A DNA stretch of 32,000 nucleotides, taken from Chloroflexota bacterium. GTDB taxonomy: Bacteria > Chloroflexota > Dehalococcoidia > JACQUA01. Shown here one piece after another: positions 16,933-23,837 of this stretch (its first letter is position 1; each line of letters opens with the position of its first letter). The notes beneath the pieces were generated by a model that saw only the letters and a list, made by a program, of their open reading frames with translations, was not told where the DNA came from and did not search any database. The DNA is taken from assembly GCA_016210565.1 (NCBI GenBank), contig JACQUA010000270.1, positions 19,996 to 51,995 on the forward strand. The letters run 5' to 3'. A program made the translations under genes and the position numbers.

Positions 16933-16958
16933 GTTGTTGCTGGGTTTTTCTTTTCTAG

Positions 16959-17001
16959 CCCCGAGGCATCGGGGTACCACAAGCCACCGTGCCTGTGAGA
17001 G
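16959..17001. repeat. CCCCGAGGCATCGGGG near-palindrome followed by an inverted, degenerate family A unit
   Basis: 16959-16974 resembles the 14847-14862 palindrome. 16975-17001 reverse-complements to CTCTCACAGGCACGGTGGCTTGTGGTACC. Confidence 0.65.
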
Positions 17002-17238
17002 GTGGCAAGCTACCAGGCCCGTTCTTTTCTAGCCAAGCGTCAGGCATACTATAACCGGATACGTTTCTTTTATCAACTTCTGGAAAAAGGGAGACACCGA
17101 AACCCTCCCTGCATCGGCCCCGCACCTCGCCCTGACGGACCATCCGCTCCTCACCCTGCTTCGGCAATCTTGCTTGTGATATCCGCCGTCCGATGGTAGA
17201 CTAATGAGCAACCTTTGGGGAAAGCGAGTATTCAGCTC

Positions 17239-18282
17239 ATGAAAGCGCAATTTGTTGACACTGTCAAAGAGCCTTATCTCATTGCAGAGACGGCGTATAA
17301 CCATGAAGGCGATCTGCGCTATCTTTATCGGATGATAGACGATATCGCCGCGCTGAAGGCCAACGCCATCAAGTTCCATATGCTATTAAACCTGGAAAGC
17401 TATTTGACCGCAGACCACCCTCATTTCCCCCTTTTCCGCAAGTGGATGTTTCCCCGGGAGGAGTGGAACCGGATCATTGACCGTTGCAAAGAAAAACAGT
17501 TGGAGGTGGTTGCGCTCTGCGACGACGTGGACAGCATCGAATACATTGTCCGTGAGGACACGCCGGTAGACGCCATAGAGCTTCATGCCACCGGGCTGAA
17601 CGATTACTTTCTGCTCGAGGCGGCCGCGAAATATGAAGGGCAGGTCATTCTGGGCATAGGGGGATCGACTCTGGACGAGATTCAATATGCCGTCAGTTTG
17701 CTGAGGCAGAGGAACAAGAATGACATATTGTTGATGTATGGTTTCCAGAGCTATCCTACCCTGTATTCGGACATCAATTTGTTGAAGATGGCAAAGATTA
17801 GAGACCTGTTCGACCTGCCGGTCGGCTACGCCGACCACACCGCGTTTGACGATCCCCGCAACGAGACCGTCAGCGTCATGGGCGCCATGATGGGCTTTCA
17901 CATTCTCGAAAAGCATTACACGCCTGACTACGGGAAAGAAAGGATAGACTACCATTCAGCGGTGGGCGCGGACGCCATGAAACGAATAAAGGAGCTGATG
18001 AAGCTGGCGCTGACGGTCCGGGGAGATGGCCATCTGGGTATGAGCGGGCCGGAACTGGAATACGGCAAGACAGGTTTCATGAAGAAGGCCATCGTGTCCA
18101 GGGACGCCATAAGACAGGGAGACAAGCTGTCGCTAGACAATCTGTGGTTCAAAAGGACAAAAGATGAAAGCACGATCAAGCAGAGCCAGTTGCTCCAACT
18201 CGTTGGTCTGGAAGTCACGCGGGACATCGGCCAAAACGAACTAGTGGATTTTGGCAGCGTCAAAAAGCCGGAGAGAAGCTAA
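17239..18282 (+). CDS. Divergent NeuB-family protein with SAF domain, second divergent type
   Basis: 'LIAETAYNHEGDLRYLYRMIDD', 'AIKFHMLLNLESYL', 'VILGIGGSTLDEIQYAVSLL', 'LLMYGFQSYPT', 'VGYADHTAFDDP', 'LEKHYTPD', 'LWFKR'. ATG 17239; the listed 17215 start is a TTG. Confidence 0.82.
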   Translation: MKAQFVDTVKEPYLIAETAYNHEGDLRYLYRMIDDIAALKANAIKFHMLLNLESYLTADHPHFPLFRKWMFPREEWNRIIDRCKEKQLEVVALCDDVDSIEYIVREDTPVDAIELHATGLNDYFLLEAAAKYEGQVILGIGGSTLDEIQYAVSLLRQRNKNDILLMYGFQSYPTLYSDINLLKMAKIRDLFDLPVGYADHTAFDDPRNETVSVMGAMMGFHILEKHYTPDYGKERIDYHSAVGADAMKRIKELMKLALTVRGDGHLGMSGPELEYGKTGFMKKAIVSRDAIRQGDKLSLDNLWFKRTKDESTIKQSQLLQLVGLEVTRDIGQNELVDFGSVKKPERS

Positions 18283-19280
18283 ACTGCGGCAGATCTGAGG
18301 AGCGCCCTTATTTCCTGCTTGCTAAGCAGCCTGGAGGTCTCTGACGTAAGCATCTTGACCGGCCGATCATGTACCCTGGGCTCCCCGGTCAACAAATCAT
18401 GCTGTATGATATACATTTGTTCGTTCTCTTCCGCGTACCAGGTTTCTTGTTCTGTCATGAGCTCCTCATGCAATTTCTCGCCAGGGCGTGCGCCGATTAT
18501 CTTTATCTTAATCTCATCCGCCCGGTATCCCTGTTTTGGGGCCTGTTCTTCGATGACTGCTTGAGCGAGATCTATGATGCGCACAGATGGCACTTTCAGG
18601 ATGAATATCTCCGCCCCCGTGGCTATTTCAGCAGCGCTCATAACTAGCTGGGCGGCTACATCGCTGGTCATTATGAATCTGGTCATGTCCTCATGGGTAA
18701 TAGTGACCGGCCCCCCCTGTTCGATCTGTTTGCTGAACACTTGAGCAACCGAGCCGGCAGAATCAAAAACGTTTCCGAACCTGACGCTGGACAACACTGT
18801 TTTTTTTGACCCTTTGTAATAGTTGGCCGCTGTAACAAGGCGCTCACCCAACAGCTTGGTCGCCCCCAGCGTGCTGATGGGGCTGCAAGCCCTGTTGGTA
18901 CTGACGTTAACGACGCTCGCGACGTTCTGAGCCAGGGCTGCATCGACGATATTTTGAGTCCCAACCACATTTGTCTTGACCGCTTCGAACGGGTTGTATT
19001 CACAGGCGCCCATGTGCTTCATGGCCGCGGTGTGGAAGACGATGTCGATGTTCTCCATAGCCATTGCCAGGCGTTCCTTGTCCCTGATGTCCCCGACCAG
19101 GTACCTTGTGTTGGCGTACTCTCGCAACTCTTGCTCCAGATGGACCAGGGCCTGCTCGCCGTTGCCAAGTATTCTGACCACCTTAGGCCCGTGCTGCAAC
19201 ACTTTACGCACTATTTTAGCGCCGATTGACCCGGCCCCCCCCGTAACCAGAACTGCTTTATTCCTGAAGTAGTCGCTCAT
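18279..19280 (-). CDS. CapD/PseB/LegB-like nucleotide-sugar 4,6-dehydratase family protein
   Basis: 'AVLVTGGAGSIGAKIV', 'VFHTAAMKHMGACEYNPFEAVKTNVVGTQNIVDAA', 'STNRACSPISTLGATKLLGERL', 'SSVRFGNVFDSAGSV', 'GARPGEKLHEELMT'. Confidence 0.87.
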   Translation of the reverse strand: MSDYFRNKAVLVTGGAGSIGAKIVRKVLQHGPKVVRILGNGEQALVHLEQELREYANTRYLVGDIRDKERLAMAMENIDIVFHTAAMKHMGACEYNPFEAVKTNVVGTQNIVDAALAQNVASVVNVSTNRACSPISTLGATKLLGERLVTAANYYKGSKKTVLSSVRFGNVFDSAGSVAQVFSKQIEQGGPVTITHEDMTRFIMTSDVAAQLVMSAAEIATGAEIFILKVPSVRIIDLAQAVIEEQAPKQGYRADEIKIKIIGARPGEKLHEELMTEQETWYAEENEQMYIIQHDLLTGEPRVHDRPVKMLTSETSRLLSKQEIRALLRSAAV

Positions 19281-19327
19281 TTCGTTCCCCCTGGTCGATT
19301 CCTTTAGTGCGGGGAGAGCCGCCGTTC

Positions 19328-20473
19328 CTAGTACGACAGCCTCTTCTGAATCAGGGTATGGTCCTCAAGGTCCACGCTCTTCAGAATCTCAGCAATCCTC
19401 GCAGAAGCCTTCCCGTCCCCGTAAGGGCTGGTACAGCTCGCCAGCCTCTCCCGGAATTCGGCGTCGCAAATGGCTTTCGTGATGGCTTGGAATATGTCCT
19501 GGGAGTCATATCCCGCGTTGATGACGTTCCCGGCCTGCATTCTTCCCTGCTGGCGGGTTCCGATATTGACGGCGGGAAGATGGAGGGCAGGCGCCTCTAC
19601 AATTCCGGAACTGGAGTTGCCTACCAGCACGCTGGCCACCTTCATCAGACTCCCGTAAACCTCGAATGGCAGGTTCTTGTGAGCCTGAATCCTGGTCTTC
19701 TCGATTTCACGAATTATCCTGCGCCCACCCGCATCGACATTGGGATAGATGAGGATAGCCTGCACGCCGGTCTTCTTTACCGCGTCGAGAGTCAGCATGA
19801 TTTGCCCGGTGGCCTCGTCAGCTTCGGTGGTTACTGCGTGCTGCAAAACGACGATTAGCGGTTGGGACAAATCTAGATCGAATTGTCGGGCAAGCGTCTC
19901 CGGTCTCACGAAATCCATGTTGAGCAAGGCGTCCAGCGAAGGACAGCCGACGTTGAACACATATCGTGGGTTTTCGCCCATTCTGATGAGCCGCTCCGCA
20001 CTTGCCCGATTCGTTGCAAAGTGAAGATGGGCAAAGCGAGTAGTTGCGTGGCGGAGACTTTCGTCTATGCTGCCGGTCAGTTCGCCACCCTCGATGTGTG
20101 CAACCGGAATGTTCATGTGGGCCGCGGCCACGGCCGCCGCCAGGTGGGCGCCCAGGTCAAACCCCACCAGCATAATATCAGGCCGCATGTCCTCGAGGAC
20201 GTCGGTGAATTCGACCAAACCCCGGCCCAGGGCCCTGGCCATGTCGGCCCCACTATCTTTATCGCTGCCCGAAGACATAGGTACTCGGGCCGCAATGGGA
20301 AAGCCGTCATTCTCAATGAGATGAACTGTAAGCCCCAGCTCCGGTAGGAGATGATGGCCGGCAACTATTAGTCGCAAGTCAAATGCCGGGCTTTCAATAA
20401 TCTTCCGGAGGACCGGCCTGAGCTTGCTGTAATCAGCCCTTCTTTCGGTCAGGGCGCAGATTCGTCTTACCAC
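19328..20473 (-). CDS. NeuC/LegG-family hydrolysing 2-epimerase-like protein with divergent N-terminal motifs
   Basis: 'HIEGGELTGSIDESLRHATTRFAHLHF', 'VVLQHAVTTEAD', 'VLVGNSSSGIVEAPALHLPAVNIGTRQQGR', but N-terminal 'ALTERRADYSKL' and 'LVGFDLGAHLA'. Confidence 0.83.
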   Translation of the reverse strand: MVRRICALTERRADYSKLRPVLRKIIESPAFDLRLIVAGHHLLPELGLTVHLIENDGFPIAARVPMSSGSDKDSGADMARALGRGLVEFTDVLEDMRPDIMLVGFDLGAHLAAAVAAAHMNIPVAHIEGGELTGSIDESLRHATTRFAHLHFATNRASAERLIRMGENPRYVFNVGCPSLDALLNMDFVRPETLARQFDLDLSQPLIVVLQHAVTTEADEATGQIMLTLDAVKKTGVQAILIYPNVDAGGRRIIREIEKTRIQAHKNLPFEVYGSLMKVASVLVGNSSSGIVEAPALHLPAVNIGTRQQGRMQAGNVINAGYDSQDIFQAITKAICDAEFRERLASCTSPYGDGKASARIAEILKSVDLEDHTLIQKRLSY

Positions 20474-21534
20474 CGGTCACCCCGGGCGCGCTTGCCCGCG
20501 GCAAAGTCCTGCCGGCTTATCAGGGTGTCAGAGTCAATGTTCCGGCTGGCCCTTCGTCCCAGGATCTTGCCCAGGTGTACCGCCGGAATCCCGGTACCCG
20601 GCCTCTTGACCCACGTATTGTCGACGGTGAAGCGCTCTCCTTTTTTTATGTCTTTGATGGCGACCACACTGGCATAGGCGAAATCGATGGTGGGTTTTTC
20701 TTCACTCAAGATGGTTTTATGACCGCCGAGAGACTGATGGATGGCTTTGCTGCCGTTTACCAGGTCCTTCAACTCCGCAGGCGTCATGGAGATCGGTACG
20801 TCCGGCCCCGGCCATCTCCTGCTTGAGGTAAAGTGCTTCTCCAGTATACTGGCTCCCAAGGAAATGGCGGCAAAACAGGTGTAGTTACCGAGAGAATGGT
20901 CGCTGAGACCCAGGACAGCTTCAGGAAACCGCGATTTCAGGTCCGCCAGCGCGCCCAATCTGACTTTATCGTAGGGCGTTGGATACATGGACGTACAATG
21001 AAGCAAGGCATAGGGCGCCCCGGCCCTTTCTAAAATACCGACACTCCTGGCGATGCTCCCTAGATCATTCATTCCGGTGCTGAGAATGACGGGCTTTCGG
21101 AACGAAGCGATATGTTCCACCAGGGGGTAATTATTGCACTCTCCGGAGCCAATCTTGTACGCTACAACCCCCAATCTCTCTAACCGGTCGGCGGCTGCCC
21201 TGGAAAACGGCGTGCACAGGTAGATCATGCCCATCTTCTCCGCGTATTGTTTTAGCTTTCTTTCTTCCTCCTCGGTGAGGCTGCACCTTTCCATGATAGC
21301 GTAAATCGATTCTGTGGCGTTCCCGGGGATAATCTTTTTGGCTTCCGGGACCATTTCGTCTTCAACAACGTGTGATTGGAATTTGACGCATTCGGCGCCG
21401 GCGCGATGAGCATCCGCAATCATCTTCTTTGCTTTCTCAAAGCTACCTTCGTGGTTGATACCTATTTCAGGGATGACAAACGGGGGGTGGTCCTCCCCAA
21501 TGGTCCGATGTGCAATTTGAATCTCAGGTTTCAT
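20467..21534 (-). CDS. neuB: N-acetylneuraminate / legionaminate synthase (canonical NeuB family, SAF domain)
   Basis: 'MKPEIQIAHRTIGEDHPPFVIPEIGINHEGS', 'CVKFQSH', 'KIGSGE', 'VILSTGM', 'LLHCTSMYPTPY', 'LSDHSLG', 'EKHFTSSRRWPGPDVPISMTPAEL', 'WVKRPGTGI'. ORF start 21609 overlaps the next gene. Confidence 0.9.
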   Translation of the reverse strand: MKPEIQIAHRTIGEDHPPFVIPEIGINHEGSFEKAKKMIADAHRAGAECVKFQSHVVEDEMVPEAKKIIPGNATESIYAIMERCSLTEEEERKLKQYAEKMGMIYLCTPFSRAAADRLERLGVVAYKIGSGECNNYPLVEHIASFRKPVILSTGMNDLGSIARSVGILERAGAPYALLHCTSMYPTPYDKVRLGALADLKSRFPEAVLGLSDHSLGNYTCFAAISLGASILEKHFTSSRRWPGPDVPISMTPAELKDLVNGSKAIHQSLGGHKTILSEEKPTIDFAYASVVAIKDIKKGERFTVDNTWVKRPGTGIPAVHLGKILGRRASRNIDSDTLISRQDFAAGKRARGDRW

Positions 21535-21538
21535 GATT

Positions 21539-22369
21539 TCACCAGCAGGTCCATCCGCCGTCGACAACCAGGTTATGGCCGGTAACGTAGGTTGATGCGT
21601 CAGAGGCAAGAAATATGACCGCCCCGTTTATTTCATCGGGCCTTGCCTTTCGTCCCAGAGGCGTCCTCTCACCATAATTCCTGACAAAAGTTTCATTCTC
21701 GTCTTTCTGGAAGATGCCGCCAGGGGATATAGAGTTCACTCGAATGTTGTCTTTCCCATAATACGCCGCCAGGTATCGGGTGAAGTTTATCAATCCCCCT
21801 TTGGCGGCATTGTACACACCGTGGGCATGAACTTCCATTGTGTCCTTATCAGGAGTCACGTATATCTTGCCAAGATTGGCGCCCCTGTATATTCTCTGGT
21901 CGTTACCAACTATGCCGTAGTGCGAGGCAATGTTTACTATTGAGCCTCTTTGCTGCTTCACCATGATGGGGATGAAGCTCTGGATGGTCAAAAAGGGTAT
22001 GGTCAGATTTCCCAGCAGGCCCACATTCCATCCCTCTAACGACACTTCTTCGAACGGCCGGTAATAGTCCGGAGGCCTCAGCGTTGACATGTTGATAAGA
22101 ACGTCAACATCCTGTTCCTTTTTCAGAATCAGTTCTCTGGCCTTGACAATCTCTTCTTTATTGGTGCAGTCGACCCTTAACAGGCGAAACTTATTTTCGT
22201 ACTTCTCCTTGAGCTCGACTATTTCTTGAGATTCGGTGGTGTTGATGTCAAGAACGTACAACACAGCGCCGAATTCAAGAATCGCCCTCGAAAACTTCCT
22301 ACCTAAATACCCGTTGCCTCCCACCAATACCACGACCTTGTTGTCCAATCTGAACGCGGAGTCTCCCAT
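21539..22369 (-). CDS. Classical SDR-family oxidoreductase (PtmA-like in context)
   Basis: 'KVVVLVGGNGYLGRKFSRAIL', 'YNAAKGGLINFTRYLAAYYGKDNIRVNSISPGGI', 'AVIFLASDASTYVTGHNLVVDGGWTCW'. Confidence 0.88.
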   Translation of the reverse strand: MGDSAFRLDNKVVVLVGGNGYLGRKFSRAILEFGAVLYVLDINTTESQEIVELKEKYENKFRLLRVDCTNKEEIVKARELILKKEQDVDVLINMSTLRPPDYYRPFEEVSLEGWNVGLLGNLTIPFLTIQSFIPIMVKQQRGSIVNIASHYGIVGNDQRIYRGANLGKIYVTPDKDTMEVHAHGVYNAAKGGLINFTRYLAAYYGKDNIRVNSISPGGIFQKDENETFVRNYGERTPLGRKARPDEINGAVIFLASDASTYVTGHNLVVDGGWTCW

Positions 22370-22407
22370 ATTGTTTGATTTCCTGTGACGCGCCGTGGAC
22401 ACAAACG

Positions 22408-23655
22408 CTAACCACCGAAGTGTTTGATCGTCTTTCTCAGGGCCTCCACTTTCGGTTCCGCCTCCTGGGTACTGCTGTAGTTATTGACAAACTGCATCAC
22501 CTTTGGCTGAATCGCCTCGGCGGTGGGACAAAGGCCTTTTTCGTACCTGACTTTGCCTTTGTACAACGGGCAGTGAACAGGACACCCTTTGCCGTAGAAA
22601 TTGCCGGTCTGATAGACCGTTTCCAAATATACTACCGACCAGGCGGCGTATATGCCATCGCCGCCGAACTCAATGTATTTTTTTCTGAATTCTTTCCATG
22701 GTATTCCTATCTGCTGTCCCTCAAACCTTGCCGCATAGGTCCAATAGGCATTGGTATAGCCTTCGGGTACATATTGGGGGATCAGCCACCCGCACCCCTT
22801 TATGGCGTCAGCGTACATTGCCGCGATCTTCTGCCTCAGACCCACAAAGAACTCGGCCTTTTCCAGTTGGGCAAGGCCCACCGCGGCCGCAACCTCCGGC
22901 ATCCTGTAGTTCCAGGCAAACATGTCATGTCTCTTGAAATCGGGGTCCTGGAAGATGTCTTTGTCCAGCTTGATTCTGCCCTCGCCGGCGCCGATGGTGC
23001 AGAATCCCTGGGAGCCATGTTTTCGGACCTTCCTGGCCAATTGTTCGTCGCTGGCCGTGACCATCCCGCCATCGCCGGTGGTCAGGTGTTTTGAATTCTC
23101 GAAACTGAAACTCGCCATATGTCCGATTGAGCCAGTCGTCCTACCTTTATAAGTGGCCAGGACTGCCTGGGCATCATCCTCTATGACCGCGAGATTATGC
23201 TTCCCGGCCAGTTCCATCAAGGGGTCGAAATCGGCCGGCAGGCCGTACAATGACACCGGAATGATTGCTTTGGTTCGCGATGTGATCTTTCGTTCAACAT
23301 CTTTCGGGTCTATGTTAAAAGTATCCTCAGAAACATCCGCGAAGACAGGCACGGCATTCTGGTGCAGTACCACGTTTGCGGTCATTATGACGCCGAAGGC
23401 CGGCACAATTACTTCGTCTCCGGGGCCCACGCCGGCAGCCGCCAGGCACGAATGCATTGTCGATGTGCCGGAGTTGAAGCAAACGCCATACTTCGCCCCG
23501 ACCTTTTCGGCAAATCTTTTTTCAAATCTCTGGCACATGCTTCCCGCGGTCGCTGCCGCGAAGCCGGAGTCCAGGACTTCCTTTATGTATTTCAGTTCTC
23601 TTTCGTCAAATCGCCACCCCTTGTTTTCGATCACGTTGTGTGCTCCTTTTAGCAT
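22408..23655 (-). CDS. DegT/DnrJ/EryC1/StrS-family PLP aminotransferase
   Basis: 'YGVCFNSGTSTMHSCLAAAGVGPGDEVIVPAFG', 'VIEDDAQAVLATYKG', PLP-lysine 'ASFSFENSKHLTTGDGG'. Start placed at MLKGAHNVIENKGW. Confidence 0.9.
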   Translation of the reverse strand: MLKGAHNVIENKGWRFDERELKYIKEVLDSGFAAATAGSMCQRFEKRFAEKVGAKYGVCFNSGTSTMHSCLAAAGVGPGDEVIVPAFGVIMTANVVLHQNAVPVFADVSEDTFNIDPKDVERKITSRTKAIIPVSLYGLPADFDPLMELAGKHNLAVIEDDAQAVLATYKGRTTGSIGHMASFSFENSKHLTTGDGGMVTASDEQLARKVRKHGSQGFCTIGAGEGRIKLDKDIFQDPDFKRHDMFAWNYRMPEVAAAVGLAQLEKAEFFVGLRQKIAAMYADAIKGCGWLIPQYVPEGYTNAYWTYAARFEGQQIGIPWKEFRKKYIEFGGDGIYAAWSVVYLETVYQTGNFYGKGCPVHCPLYKGKVRYEKGLCPTAEAIQPKVMQFVNNYSSTQEAEPKVEALRKTIKHFGG

Positions 23656-23680
23656 TGATCGCGTCAATGTACAGTTCCAT

Positions 23681-23705
23681 ATTATAGCAGACTCTTCGTC
23701 AACCT
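23681..23705 (-). promoter_or_regulatory. Tentative sigma70-like promoter for the DegT gene at 22408-23655
   Basis: Reverse strand carries perfect TATAAT at 23686-23681, with TTCGAA 18 nt upstream as a weak -35. Confidence 0.3.
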
Positions 23706-23776
23706 TCGAAATACTGCAAATAGGGGATTCTCCGTGCAACCTGGCTTCGTTGACATTGTGGTTTGTCGTGACTGAT

Positions 23777-23837
23777 GGTGGGTTCGCGCAGCGGCCCTCA
23801 CCCCCGACACCACCCCGCTGCGCTTAACCCACCCTAC
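23777..23837. repeat. Family B dispersed element
   Basis: GGTGGGTTCGCGCAGCGG...GCTGCGCTTAACCCACCCTAC. Overlaps the stop codon of the 23824-25821 CDS. Confidence 0.8.

Noticed and set aside
22375-23094. 239-aa plus-strand ORF
   Set aside because: Antisense to the DegT aminotransferase, with no recognisable motifs.
23681-23710. TTGACG directly followed by TATAAT as a strong promoter
   Set aside because: The two boxes are only 10 nt apart on the minus strand, too short for sigma70. Only a weaker TTCGAA -35 has acceptable spacing, so the promoter is listed as tentative.
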